From Nitrosopumilaceae archaeon (GTDB lineage Archaea > Thermoproteota > Nitrososphaeria > Nitrososphaerales > Nitrosopumilaceae): a stretch of 64,000 nt of DNA. The position numbers and the translations under genes were made by a program. Each line of letters begins with the position of its first letter. Position 1 is the first letter of the stretch. Below the pieces are notes generated by a model that saw nothing but the letters and a program-made list of their open reading frames with translations, did not search any database and was not told the DNA's origin. The DNA lies in contig CBDBCR010000001.1 of assembly GCA_965203465.1 (NCBI GenBank), positions 128,001-192,000 on the forward strand. The letters are read 5' to 3'. Shown in pieces: positions 10,255 through 19,984 of this stretch.

Positions 10255-10336
10255 CGCCAGCGGCAGGCTCTTGGGCTGCGCGGGCCTCTTCCGGATCTGC
10301 CCAAGACATATTACCGCCGCCCCGCGCGCGCCGGCC

Positions 10337-11068
10337 GTGAAGACTGCCATCGTCACCGGCGCGAGCAGCGGCATCGGCAGGGCCACCGCGCTGGCCTTGG
10401 CCAAGGCAGGCTTTTGCGTGGCCGCCGGCGCGCGCAGGACCGACCGACTCGAAGAGCTGGAGCGCGAGGTCTCGGCCGCGGGCGGCCGCATCGTGTGCCG
10501 CAGGCTGGACGTCTCGGACCGCGGCTCGTGCGAAGAGTTCGTCGCGGCCGTCTTGGAAGAGTGCGGTTCCATAGACGTGCTGGTCAACAACGCCGGCCTC
10601 ATGCCGCTCAGCTTTGTCAAGAAACTAAAGGTCGACGAGTGGGACCGCATGATCGACGTGAACATAAAGGGCGTGCTGTACTGCACGGCCGCGGTGATGC
10701 CGCACATGACCGGCAAAAAGTCCGGCCACATCGTCAACGTCTCGTCGGTGGCCGGCCGCATCGTCTTTCCGGCCGGCAGCGTGTACTGCGCGACAAAGCA
10801 CGCCGTCACCGCGTTCAGCGAGGGGCTCCGGCAGGAGCTGAGCGCGCGCTCCGGGATACGGGTGACCTGCATCGAGCCGGGCGTCGTGGCGACGGAGCTC
10901 ACCGACACCATAACCGACGAGTCGCTGCAGCAGTTCGTCGAAAACTCCAAAAAGATGGAGTCCCTAGCGGCGGGCGACATCGCCTCCGCCGTAATGTACG
11001 CGGTCGGGGCGCCGCCGCACGCCAACGTCAACGAGATCCTCATCAGGCCCGTCTCGCAGGAGCGCTGA
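10337..11068 (+). CDS. SDR-family NAD(P)-dependent oxidoreductase
   Basis: Motifs TGASSGIG, NNAG and YCATK. Confidence 0.95.
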   Translation: MKTAIVTGASSGIGRATALALAKAGFCVAAGARRTDRLEELEREVSAAGGRIVCRRLDVSDRGSCEEFVAAVLEECGSIDVLVNNAGLMPLSFVKKLKVDEWDRMIDVNIKGVLYCTAAVMPHMTGKKSGHIVNVSSVAGRIVFPAGSVYCATKHAVTAFSEGLRQELSARSGIRVTCIEPGVVATELTDTITDESLQQFVENSKKMESLAAGDIASAVMYAVGAPPHANVNEILIRPVSQER

Positions 11069-11272
11069 CTAGTCCTTCTTGGACATGCGGTCCATCAGCG
11101 CCTTGATCTCGGGGGCCACGTCGGCCCCCGCAAGCTCCGCCGCCTCGGCTGCCCGACGGCGCTCGTCCTCGGCGCCGGCCCTGATCTTTTCCTCGCAGTC
11201 GAGGTGATCGCCGCCCGCCGAGACCCCGCCGCATATGGAGCACGCCACGGGTGCCGCCCGGCGATCCCACAA
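11069..11272 (-). CDS. Small Cys/His-containing hypothetical protein
   Basis: CxxC...HxxC followed by a helix; divergent from the tRNA across a shared AT-rich promoter. The start may be slightly downstream. Confidence 0.65.
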   Translation of the reverse strand: MWDRRAAPVACSICGGVSAGGDHLDCEEKIRAGAEDERRRAAEAAELAGADVAPEIKALMDRMSKKD

Positions 11273-11304
11273 TTTAATAATTTCAACCGCCGGGCCCCCG
11301 CCAC

Positions 11305-11379
11305 GGGATTGTCGTCTAGCTTGGCAATGATACTAGTCTGGGGGGCTAGTGGTCGCAGGTTCAAATCCTGCCAATCCCA
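11305..11379 (+). tRNA. tRNA-Pro (GGG)
   Basis: Acceptor stem GGGATTG/CAATCCC, anticodon arm CTAGT-CTGGGGG-GCTAG, T-loop GGTTCAAATCC; no intron; CCA not encoded. Confidence 0.95.
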
Positions 11380-11454
11380 CTACTGATCTTCCTTTGCCGA
11401 ATCCCGCACGCTCTTCATTATGCAGAACCTTTTGAGCTTGTCCTTCATGCCCAT
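11380..11454 (-). CDS. Possible 24-aa small protein (MGMKDKLKRFCIMKSVRDSAKEDQ)
   Basis: An ATG-to-TAG ORF exactly fills the gap between the kinase and the tRNA, with a TAAATA element about 25 nt upstream. Confidence 0.4.
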   Translation of the reverse strand: MGMKDKLKRFCIMKSVRDSAKEDQ

Positions 11455-11479
11455 GGGTCGGCGACTCCGGAGGGGGTAT

Positions 11480-12211
11480 TTAGAGCCTTAGCACCGAGAG
11501 GAGCGCGCCGAAAGAGGCCCTCCCAGGCGCGGCCTTGTACGCGCGCAGGGCCCCTATGATCTCTGCGCGCGGCGCCGGCATCCGGCCGGCCATGTCGGTC
11601 CCCACAAAGAGGGACTGGCCCGCCGATGTCACGTTGGCCGCGCGCCTGCCCGCGCTCGCGCTCTCAAAGTCGAGCAGGACCGCCTCTGTCCCCACCATGA
11701 CGTGCCTCGATATGCGGTGAAGCTCGCCGTGGTCGAGTCCGGCCGCGTCGAGCCTGTAGCAGTCCTCGAGCACCTTCCTGAACACCTTTTTTTTGCCGCG
11801 CGCCCCGGCCGCGCGGGCCCACTCCCCTATGGGGGAGCCTTCCAGCCGCTCCATGACCAGGAAGTTTTTGCTGAATTTGACCATGCGGGGGCCGACGCCG
11901 GCCTCGTTGGCAGCGGACAGCAGCCGGGCCTCGCGCGCCATGCCGGGCCTGCTCGAATCGGTCCTGCGCGCCTTGACCGCGACCCTTTGGCCGCCGGCGG
12001 TCCCCGAGATCACCACGCCGGCGTGCCCCTTGCCGAGCACCCGCGCGCGGCCCAGCAGCGTGGGTCCCCCGAGCTCGAGGCTCTCGACGCCCAGCTTTTC
12101 CAGCTGGCGGGCCCTCGCGCGCAGCGCCTGGCGCGAGGCGCCGGGAAACCCGAGCACGCGCCCCTCGGGCGCGCGCGCAAGCTCAGCGGGCGTCAAAGAG
12201 CCTGCCGTCAA
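11480..12211 (-). CDS. RIO/Bud32-like Ser/Thr protein kinase
   Basis: Motifs LGKGHAGVV, VAVK, DHGEL and LLDFESAS. Confidence 0.85.
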   Translation of the reverse strand: MTAGSLTPAELARAPEGRVLGFPGASRQALRARARQLEKLGVESLELGGPTLLGRARVLGKGHAGVVISGTAGGQRVAVKARRTDSSRPGMAREARLLSAANEAGVGPRMVKFSKNFLVMERLEGSPIGEWARAAGARGKKKVFRKVLEDCYRLDAAGLDHGELHRISRHVMVGTEAVLLDFESASAGRRAANVTSAGQSLFVGTDMAGRMPAPRAEIIGALRAYKAAPGRASFGALLSVLRL

Positions 12212-13499
12212 CGGGCGCGAACAACTCCGCCAGCGCGCTCCGGGCGCTTTCCGGGATGCGCTCGCCGGCCCACACTTCAAATCCGGCCGCCACGTCGCCG
12301 GCCAGCCCCGCCGGTATCCCCGAGCCCTCGCGGCCCATCAGGCCGGCCAGGAAATCCACGGCCTCGCGCACCTCCCTCTTTTCCATCGCGTAGAGGCGGC
12401 CGTCCCTGCCCACCCACATGATCTCGGCCCCCGGCATGCGCTCCCTGACGAATTTTTCGCAGTCCGCCCTGCAGAAGGCGTCGGGCCCCTCCCTGGTGCG
12501 CATGGGCGGCAGCTGCTGCGACTCCAGCATGAACGCGAGCACCACGCGCTCGCCGTACACGGCGGCGGCGTGGCGGGCAACCGAAAAGCCCGCCTCGGAC
12601 ATCTGCCGCGCCACCTGCGAGGCGGCCCGCTTCGCCTGCCCCCATACGGTCTCGGGGCTGCGGCTACTGTACCCGAACCCGACGGCTGCCACCTGCCCGA
12701 GCGCGCGCGGCCTGACGGGGCCCGCGTCTTGGAAGAACTCCCCGGACGGGCCCTCTAGGTAGGCGCGCGCGGCCATGACGAACCTGGCCATGTTCTCTTC
12801 GGATATGGCCGCCGCCAGGTTCCTGCCCCCGTCGACGGGATCGGCTATGGAGACGGGCGTCTCGAACTTTTTTTCGGACCGGCCGATGGCCTCGCCGCGC
12901 CCGATGCCGGCGAACCTCTCGAGCACGCCCTCAAAGCTGCCCATCTCCATGACCAGCACCTCGGCCACGTACCCGCTGAACCCCTGCCTCGCGATCTCGG
13001 CGCCGTAGACCCCGTTGGCCTTTAGGAACTTTTTGAGCACCCGCGCGTCCGCGCGCCTCCCCTCGTCGAGGCCCTCCTTCATGTACGCGGTGTGGAACCG
13101 GGAGCGGTCCGCCGCGCTCTTCCACATGCCGGCCGGCACGTCGTAGCAGGGGACCACGTTGACCTTGACGCCGTCCACCACGGCTTCCACGAAGGGGTGC
13201 TCGGCGTAGCGCGTGTAGGGGCCGTGCCCCTCGAGCGCGGCGAACCCGAGCGCCTTGGCCTTTTCGCGCAGCTGCTCCTTGGAGACATCGGCCTTGAACA
13301 GCACGAACACGTCGATGTCGGCGCCCTCCGCCAGCCACGTGTCCTTGGCGAAGGATCCGCCTAGCGAGACCTCTAGCGCGCCGTGCTCTTTTGCCGCTTT
13401 CTCGACGGCTTCGGTGACGGCGCGCGCCACCCGCTCCATCTTTGCGCGCTGCTCCGCGGACGGCGCGGTGTGCGCCCTGGCCTCGTCGGCCGGGCTCAT
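12183..13499 (-). CDS. cca: CCA-adding enzyme
   Basis: Motifs GGSFAKDTWL, DIDVF, YAEHPF, SAADRSRFHT, GFSGY and DPVD. Confidence 0.96.
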   Translation of the reverse strand: MSPADEARAHTAPSAEQRAKMERVARAVTEAVEKAAKEHGALEVSLGGSFAKDTWLAEGADIDVFVLFKADVSKEQLREKAKALGFAALEGHGPYTRYAEHPFVEAVVDGVKVNVVPCYDVPAGMWKSAADRSRFHTAYMKEGLDEGRRADARVLKKFLKANGVYGAEIARQGFSGYVAEVLVMEMGSFEGVLERFAGIGRGEAIGRSEKKFETPVSIADPVDGGRNLAAAISEENMARFVMAARAYLEGPSGEFFQDAGPVRPRALGQVAAVGFGYSSRSPETVWGQAKRAASQVARQMSEAGFSVARHAAAVYGERVVLAFMLESQQLPPMRTREGPDAFCRADCEKFVRERMPGAEIMWVGRDGRLYAMEKREVREAVDFLAGLMGREGSGIPAGLAGDVAAGFEVWAGERIPESARSALAELFAPVDGRLFDAR

Positions 13500-14026
13500 G
13501 CGCGCGCCTCCCCGATGTCCCAGTACGCAGAGCCGGACGGGCCCGGCGCGCTCGACTTTAGCTTTACGCCAGAGACCTCCATGGAACCGAACTCGCGGTC
13601 TGCAAACGCGGCCAACTCTGCGCCGAGGCCGCGCGCCCCGCTTTTAACTCTAGAGACGGTCAGGTGCGGCCTGAACCTGCCGGCCGGCGCGGCGGCGAAC
13701 CGGTCCAGCGCGGAGCCGACCGACGCGGCCAGCTCGCGCAGCTTTTCCCCGTCGCGCACGCCTGCCCAGATCACCTTAGGCCTGGCCGGGCTCGGGAACG
13801 CGCCCATGCCGCGCACCCGCACGTCGAACCTGGAGAACCGCACCCTCGAGAGCGCCTCGGCGGCCCCAGAGGCTGCCTCCTCGGGTATCTCGCCTAGGAA
13901 CCGCAGCGTAAAGTGGAGCAGCTCGGGCCTCACGGGCCGCGCCTGCACGCGCAGCGATTCCTGCACGCGCGCGATCGCCTCCAGTATCCCGGGGTCGTCT
14001 ACGTCGACAGCCGCAAAGACGCGCAC
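13496..14026 (-). CDS. thpR: RNA 2',3'-cyclic phosphodiesterase (2H family)
   Basis: Two HxT motifs (HFTLRFLG and PHLTV). Confidence 0.94.
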   Translation of the reverse strand: MRVFAAVDVDDPGILEAIARVQESLRVQARPVRPELLHFTLRFLGEIPEEAASGAAEALSRVRFSRFDVRVRGMGAFPSPARPKVIWAGVRDGEKLRELAASVGSALDRFAAAPAGRFRPHLTVSRVKSGARGLGAELAAFADREFGSMEVSGVKLKSSAPGPSGSAYWDIGEARA

Positions 14027-14095
14027 GCCGGCAGCTTTGGCCCGCCTTTATGGGTTTTTCCGAAGCTTGATAGCACGGCGCGCGGGCGCCCGCCC

Positions 14096-14644
14096 ATGCC
14101 GAGGCTCATAGTCTGCCTGACCGGCATGCCCGGCGCGGGCAAGTCCACCATCGCCCGGGGGCTGGCAGAGGCCGGCTACCCCACGGTCAACATGGGCGAC
14201 GCGGTGCGCGCAGAGGCCTCGAGGCGGGGCCTGGAGCCGACCGGCCCCAACCTGGGCGAACTGATGCTGGAGCTGCGCCGGAAAGGCGGGCCCGGCGCGG
14301 TCGCGCAGCTGGTGGTGCCCCGGATCCGCTCGTCTGCCTCCGAGGCAGTGATAGTCGACGGGATACGGTCCGACGCCGAGATCGGCGTGTTGCGCGGCGT
14401 CTCGGCCGTCAAACTACTGCTCGTGCACGCCTCGACGGACACCCGGTTCGGGTTCCTGTCCTGCCGGGGGAGGCCCGACGATCCCGACTCGCGCGAATCG
14501 TTCGAGGCGCGCGACGCGCGCGAGATGGGCGTCGGCATATCGGAGCCCATCGCCCTGGCGGACGAATCGATATCCAACAACGAGCTCACGCGCGAGCAGC
14601 TGGTCGAAGAGGCGCGCAGGATAGTGCGGGCGTGGCTGGCGTGA
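14096..14644 (+). CDS. Archaeal dephospho-CoA-kinase-like P-loop NTPase (UPF0200)
   Basis: Motifs LTGMPGAGKS, MGDAVR, VDGIRS and RGRPDD. Confidence 0.88.
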   Translation: MPRLIVCLTGMPGAGKSTIARGLAEAGYPTVNMGDAVRAEASRRGLEPTGPNLGELMLELRRKGGPGAVAQLVVPRIRSSASEAVIVDGIRSDAEIGVLRGVSAVKLLLVHASTDTRFGFLSCRGRPDDPDSRESFEARDAREMGVGISEPIALADESISNNELTREQLVEEARRIVRAWLA

Positions 14645-14982
14645 GCGTCTCGGTAGAGTGCCCCCTGTACCCCAGCGAGGACCCCTCCAAGGTGGGCACC
14701 GCGCTGTCCAACATGTTCCCCGGCCTGGAGTTTTCCGGATCCGGGACGCTGCGCGCAAGCTCGGACATGTCGTGCCTCGAGGAGCTGCGCGGCAAGCTGT
14801 TGCGCCGGCGCATGCAGGCCAGCGTGGCGCGGCAGATGCGCAGGAACGAGCGCGGCGGCAGGACGTGGTTCTACCTCAACAAGCAGGCCGCGTTCGTGGG
14901 GACCGCGGCCGTCTGCGAGCACGCCGCCGAGTCGCCCCTCGGCCCCATACGGGTCTCGCTGCCGGCAGGCCCCTGGCCCTAG
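14632..14982 (+). CDS. DUF54/UPF0201 putative RNA-binding protein
   Basis: Motifs PSEDPSKV, FYLNKQAA and ESPLGPI; the usual neighbour of UPF0200. Confidence 0.85.
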   Translation: MAGVSVSVECPLYPSEDPSKVGTALSNMFPGLEFSGSGTLRASSDMSCLEELRGKLLRRRMQASVARQMRRNERGGRTWFYLNKQAAFVGTAAVCEHAAESPLGPIRVSLPAGPWP

Positions 14983-15683
14983 AGGAGCCGCAGCAGCTCC
15001 GGAAGGGCCGAAGAGGCGCTCTCCCGCACCGACATGTCCATGATATCGGACATGGCCGTCCTTTCGGGGTTGACCTCGACGAGCATGGCGCCGCAGGACC
15101 TTGCGTGGGCGGGCAGCGTGTTCGCGGGGGATACTGCCAGCGACGTGCCGACCACTATCACCAGGTCGGAGGCGCGTGCGGCCCGCACCGCCTCCTCCCA
15201 GACGCCGGCGGGCAGCTGCTCGCCGAACCAGACCACGTCGGGCCTCTGTATCCCGCCGCACGCGCACCGCGGCGGCAGGCCCTCCGCACGCCCGGCGAAC
15301 TTTCCGCACGCCGAGCACCTGGTTTTCACGATGCTGCCGTGCAGTTCCAGCACGCCGGCGCTGCCTGCCCGCTGGTGCAGGCCGTCTATGTTCTGGGTGG
15401 CCACCGACACGCATCGCAGCTCGGCCATCCGGGCCACGGCCCTGTGCCCCGCGTTTGGCTCTGCCGCGGCGATGTTGGCCCTGCGCTCGTCGTACCACTG
15501 CCAGACCAGCGCCGGATCCTCCTCGAAGGCAGATATGGTGGCCAGCTTCATGGGGTCGTAGGAGCGCCACAGGCCGCCGTCGCCGCGGAACGTGGGTATG
15601 CCGCTCTCCTGCGATATGCCGGCGCCGGTCACCACCGTTATCCTTTCAGCGTTTTTGATGCGTTTTTCCTGCTCAGGAGTCGT
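14979..15683 (-). CDS. cobB: Sir2-family NAD-dependent protein deacylase
   Basis: Motifs TGAGISQESGIPTFRG, TQNIDGLH, ELHG, RPDVVWFGE and GTS. Start is uncertain: ACG at 15683 or GTG at 15635. Confidence 0.93.
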   Translation of the reverse strand, partial: TTPEQEKRIKNAERITVVTGAGISQESGIPTFRGDGGLWRSYDPMKLATISAFEEDPALVWQWYDERRANIAAAEPNAGHRAVARMAELRCVSVATQNIDGLHQRAGSAGVLELHGSIVKTRCSACGKFAGRAEGLPPRCACGGIQRPDVVWFGEQLPAGVWEEAVRAARASDLVIVVGTSLAVSPANTLPAHARSCGAMLVEVNPERTAMSDIMDMSVRESASSALPELLRLL

Positions 15684-16581
15684 GGCGCAGCTCCACCTCC
15701 ATGCCGTCCTCGGCGGCCGTCACGTCGCCGTGGAACTTGGCCGCCTCGTCGCGCAAAATCTGCACGTCGGGGTAGCGCGCGGAAAAGTGCGTCAGTATCA
15801 GGCGCCCCGCGCCGGCCGCGCCGGCCAGCTTTGCGGCCCCCGAGGCCGTGCTGTGGCGCGTCTCGGCGGCCCGCTCCTTCCTGTCGTCGCCGAACGTGGC
15901 CTCGAAGACGAGCGCGTCGCACCCTTTGAAGAAATCCTGCAGCTGCGCCGTGGGACGCGTGTCGCCGGACACCCCGACGCTCAGGCCGGGCCTCCGCGGG
16001 TCTGCCACGTCGGGGGGGGAAAACTCCCTGCCCCCGTGCGAGACCTTCTGCCCCCGCTGCAGCCTTCCCCACAGCGGGCCCTCCGGTATACCGAGGGCCT
16101 CGGCCCTGTAGCGGTGGAACCGGCCGGGCCTCGAGTCCTGGTCGAGCCTGTACGAGAGCGATTCTATCCCGTGGTCTGCTGCGCACGCGGACACCGAATA
16201 CCCGCGGCCGCGCACGCGCCCGCCTGCCCGTAGCCTCTTTACCGACATCTCGAACGGAGGCCTGAAGTTGAGCAGCCTCATGTTGATGTCCACGAATTCC
16301 TCTATGCCGCGCGGCCCGAATATCTCCAGCGGCCTGGTGCGCCCCTTCATGGCCATGGTCTGCACGAGGCCGATCACGCCTAGGCAGTGGTCGCCGTGCA
16401 TGTGCGTGACGAATATCCTCGTGTCCTTGTTCCAGCCCAGGCCGGCCCGCGCGTAGGCGGTCTGCGCCCCCTCGCCGGCGTCGAAGACGGTTATCTCGCC
16501 GCCGTGCACGAGGCACAGGCACGACATGGATCGCGAGGCGGTCGGCTGCGCCGCGGACGTGCCCAGAAAGACCAGCTTCAC
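15673..16581 (-). CDS. rnz: Ribonuclease Z
   Basis: Motifs FLGTSAAQPT, DAGEG, THMHGDH, SGDT, HST and LTHFSARY. Confidence 0.96.
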   Translation of the reverse strand: MKLVFLGTSAAQPTASRSMSCLCLVHGGEITVFDAGEGAQTAYARAGLGWNKDTRIFVTHMHGDHCLGVIGLVQTMAMKGRTRPLEIFGPRGIEEFVDINMRLLNFRPPFEMSVKRLRAGGRVRGRGYSVSACAADHGIESLSYRLDQDSRPGRFHRYRAEALGIPEGPLWGRLQRGQKVSHGGREFSPPDVADPRRPGLSVGVSGDTRPTAQLQDFFKGCDALVFEATFGDDRKERAAETRHSTASGAAKLAGAAGAGRLILTHFSARYPDVQILRDEAAKFHGDVTAAEDGMEVELRHDS

Positions 16582-16654
16582 GGCCGGCCCGCGCGCGGGA
16601 TCTCTTATCGGTGTTTGCGCATGGTAAATAGCCGGCAGGCCCCCGCCCACGCGC

Positions 16655-17317
16655 GTGGACTTGGACGGACTGGCCCGCGCCGTGGCGCGGTGCAAAAAGT
16701 GCCCGCGGCTGTACGGGTACACGCGCGAGGTGGCGCGCGCCCGCGTGCGCCGGCACGCGCACGAAAAGTACTGGGGCCGGCCGGTGCCCGGGTTCGGGGA
16801 TCCGCGCGCCCGGCTGCTGGTAGTCGGCCTCGCGCCCGCGGCGCACGGGGCCAACAGGACGGGGCGCATGTTCACCGGCGACGGCTCTGGGGACTGGCTG
16901 GCGCGCGCCCTGCACGGGGCCGGCTTTGCCTCCCTGCCTACAAGCACCCACGCCGGCGACGGCCTGGAGCTGCGCGGCGCGTACGTGACGGCCGCGGTGC
17001 GCTGCGCCCCGCCGCAGAACCGGCCGTCGCCCTCCGAATTCGCCGCCTGCCTCCCGTACCTAGAGGCCGAGCTGGGCCTGCTCGCCAAAGTGAACACCAT
17101 AGTCTGCTTGGGCCACGCCGCCCACGCGGCGGTCTGCAAGATCCTCAAAACAAAGAGGCGCGACATGCCGTTCTCGCACGGGGCCGTCCACCGCGCCGGC
17201 CCCTATCGCGTAGTCTGTTCGTACCATCCGAGCAGGCAGAACACGCAGACCGGCAAGCTCACCTGGGGGCAGTGGGAGCGGGTCTTTGCGCGCGCCAAAA
17301 AACTGTCGGCGCGCTAG
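16655..17317 (+). CDS. Uracil-DNA glycosylase (family 5-like, Fe-S)
   Basis: Motifs CxxC, VGLAPAAHGANRTGRMFTGD and YHPSRQNTQTG. Confidence 0.93.
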   Translation: MDLDGLARAVARCKKCPRLYGYTREVARARVRRHAHEKYWGRPVPGFGDPRARLLVVGLAPAAHGANRTGRMFTGDGSGDWLARALHGAGFASLPTSTHAGDGLELRGAYVTAAVRCAPPQNRPSPSEFAACLPYLEAELGLLAKVNTIVCLGHAAHAAVCKILKTKRRDMPFSHGAVHRAGPYRVVCSYHPSRQNTQTGKLTWGQWERVFARAKKLSAR

Positions 17318-18165
17318 GCCAGCAGGGCCTCTGCTATGGGCCCCGAGACGTCGACTGTCCCCGAGACGGTATTGGACGATATTATATCGGATACGCCCGC
17401 GCGCCTTAGCCTCTGGGCCGCGCCGCCTACGAGCAGCGCGTGTGTGCAGGCTGCCACCATGCGGCCGGCCCCCTGCTTTTTGAGCAGGCGCGCGGCGCCC
17501 TCTATGCTGCCGCCCGTGCCGATGATGTCGTCGACGATGACTACGTCCCTGCCGGACACCCCCGCGTCGCGCCCCGACGTCGTCGTCCTGCCAGTCCTTC
17601 TGTCGCGCTTTTTTTCCAGCGCCGCGCAGTCGGCGCCCATCAGCCTCGCCAGCGCGCCTGCCCTGCCTGCCCCGCCCGCGTCGGGCGATACGACCACCGG
17701 CCTTTCCAGCTTTGTTCTGCGCAGCCGGGCGGCCAAGGCGGGCGCGGCAGAGACATCGGTCGCGCGCCTGCCCAGGTGCCGCAGGGCCTCCCTGCTGTGT
17801 ATGTCGACGGTCACTATCCTGGAGGCGCCCAGCGCCGAGAGCGCCTTGGAGACGGCCCCGATCGTGACAGCCTCGCCTGGCAAAAACTCCCTGTCCTGCC
17901 TCGCGTACCCCGCGTAGGGTATGACCGCCGTCACCGGGCCCCGGCCGCGCGCGGCGTGCACCGTGGCGAATATCTCCATCCAGTTCGAATCGACCGGCGG
18001 CGAGGCCGACTTTACCACCGCCGAGGGGCCCTTCCAGTCTGGCAGCGTCACCTTGCGCTCGCCGTCGGAAAACACCCGCACGCGCGAGGCCGCGCAGCGC
18101 GCGCCCAGCCGCCCGGCTATCCTCCTTGCCAGCGGCCCGGCCCCGCTGCCCGAGACTACGATCAT
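17314..18165 (-). CDS. prs: Ribose-phosphate pyrophosphokinase
   Basis: Motifs FSDGE, PYAGYARQDR, VSPDAGG and IVDDIIGTGGS. Confidence 0.95.
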   Translation of the reverse strand: MIVVSGSGAGPLARRIAGRLGARCAASRVRVFSDGERKVTLPDWKGPSAVVKSASPPVDSNWMEIFATVHAARGRGPVTAVIPYAGYARQDREFLPGEAVTIGAVSKALSALGASRIVTVDIHSREALRHLGRRATDVSAAPALAARLRRTKLERPVVVSPDAGGAGRAGALARLMGADCAALEKKRDRRTGRTTTSGRDAGVSGRDVVIVDDIIGTGGSIEGAARLLKKQGAGRMVAACTHALLVGGAAQRLRRAGVSDIISSNTVSGTVDVSGPIAEALLA

Positions 18166-19919
18166 TCGTCGTCGCCGCCCCGCACGATGTCGCCCACCCC
18201 GTACTCTTTGACTATGGATCTGCGCCGCGCGTCCAGCGACGCTATCTCCTCGGCCTCCCTCTTTTCGTCGCCGTCGTACACGGTCCGTATGGGCCAGGGT
18301 ATCCTGATGTCGTTCTTTTTGAACTCTTCGTGTATGAACATCATCATGTCCGTCTTTGTCTTGTACTGCGAGCCGTAGTCGCGCACGTACACCCAGAGCA
18401 TAAAGTCGAGCGAGGAATCGTTGAACTTCGTGAACCGGACCACGGGCTGCTCTATCTCGCTCACGTGCACGTCCTTGTCGCAGCCGCAGCTGGGCCTGTT
18501 CTGCTTCCTGTACGGGCAGGTCATGTGCCTGACCAGGTGCCCGCCGGAGGGGTCGACGACCTCCTCCATGGCCCTCTTGCCCACCTTGATCAGTATGGCG
18601 GCCACCTGCCGCGGGTCGTTGAGGTACGAGACGCCCACCTCGACGACGGCCGGCACCATCCTGATCTCCTTGGAATAGTTTATGATCTGCGCGTTTATCA
18701 GCTGCCGGGTGGGTATGATGGCGACCGACTCGTTGAGCGCGTGGCGCAGGTACGTGACCCTCGAGGTGATCTTGTGCACGTACCCGTTGTAGCCGGTGTC
18801 CAGCTTTACGCGGTCGCCCTCGACGTATATCTTGTCCTTGCGCACCAGTATGTACGCGAAATAGTTCTGCAGCGTCTCCTGCAGGGCGAACCCCACGCCT
18901 ATGCCCAGGCCGCCGACTGCCGTGGCCAGCACGAACAGATCCACGCCCCACCAGCCCACCACGCCGAGCAGCACGGCGGCGAACATGCCGACGGGCAGTA
19001 TGCTCGTGAACGACTTGGGGAGGTTCTTGCGCTTGCGCCTGGCGTTGCCAGGCGGGCGCGCGCCCGGCTCTATGCGGCCAAAGCCGCCCATCCTCTTTTC
19101 TTCCCTCCAGATGTCTATTGGGTATATCTCCTCGGGGTCGCGCGCCGTGCGCAGCACCCTGCCTGCCCCGTTGTTGCCCGAGACGCACGACTCGAAATAC
19201 GAGCGGTACTTTGACCTCTCGCTCTCTTTCCACTCCTCGAACGGGCGCTTTGATATGTCCTCATAGCTGCCCACGGAGGCCCCGTTGCGCGTCCTGTACG
19301 ATTCGAGGCGCCTCCTTCCCCCCTCCGTCCCCACCAGCTCCTTGAACTCGGCTTCGTCCATCCCGTCGGGGGGGCCGGCAGGCGGCACCCACCTGAAGAG
19401 CTTGTGGAACATGTCGCCCTCGTCGTCCTCAAAGCCCATCATGGAGCGCCACTGCTCGTAGTCCTGCTTTTCCAGCTCGGACTTTTCGCGTTTTGTCAGT
19501 ATTATGGGCACCAAGCGGGCCACCGTGTACCCTATGACCAGCACGTCCATGGTGTTGAGCAGCTTTACGAACGTCTCCTGCGCCGTGAGCTGTCCGCCCA
19601 TCTCGGCGAGCCTCTCTGCCTCCTCGTCGAAGAGCTCGAAGGTCTGTATGTACGCGTTGACCGACGATATGAGCGCGACGCCGAAGACGGGCAGCACCGC
19701 GACTTGGACGAACTTTGACAGGTGCGGCCTGTGGTAGTAGAACTTTTTGCCGCGTATCCAGCCGGAGAGCTTGCGGTAGCCCATGGCTATGCCAACTATG
19801 CCGACCACCAGCACCACCATGGCCGCCTGCAGCGACTGCGACGAGGCGAGCAGCTGCGAGAGCGTGTCAAAGTGGCCCGCGTTTCCGGCTACCGCGCTTG
19901 CCACGTCGTGCCCGGACAT
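18162..19919 (-). CDS. Large MscS-family mechanosensitive channel
   Basis: Motifs GIGVGFALQETLQNYFA, EGDRV, IPTRQL, INYS and IPWP, with extra N-terminal TM segments and a soluble insert. Confidence 0.92.
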   Translation of the reverse strand: MSGHDVASAVAGNAGHFDTLSQLLASSQSLQAAMVVLVVGIVGIAMGYRKLSGWIRGKKFYYHRPHLSKFVQVAVLPVFGVALISSVNAYIQTFELFDEEAERLAEMGGQLTAQETFVKLLNTMDVLVIGYTVARLVPIILTKREKSELEKQDYEQWRSMMGFEDDEGDMFHKLFRWVPPAGPPDGMDEAEFKELVGTEGGRRRLESYRTRNGASVGSYEDISKRPFEEWKESERSKYRSYFESCVSGNNGAGRVLRTARDPEEIYPIDIWREEKRMGGFGRIEPGARPPGNARRKRKNLPKSFTSILPVGMFAAVLLGVVGWWGVDLFVLATAVGGLGIGVGFALQETLQNYFAYILVRKDKIYVEGDRVKLDTGYNGYVHKITSRVTYLRHALNESVAIIPTRQLINAQIINYSKEIRMVPAVVEVGVSYLNDPRQVAAILIKVGKRAMEEVVDPSGGHLVRHMTCPYRKQNRPSCGCDKDVHVSEIEQPVVRFTKFNDSSLDFMLWVYVRDYGSQYKTKTDMMMFIHEEFKKNDIRIPWPIRTVYDGDEKREAEEIASLDARRRSIVKEYGVGDIVRGGDDE

Positions 19920-19984
19920 TTCCGGCCCCCGCCCCCGCACCCTTTAATAAGAGTAGAACCCGATCCGGCGCGTTGGCCCAGGAG

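Noticed and set aside
4153-11379. Urease cluster as a tRNA-Pro-integrated island
   Set aside because: The cluster is on the 5' side of the tRNA, no duplicated tRNA end or integrase was seen, and codon usage is host-like.
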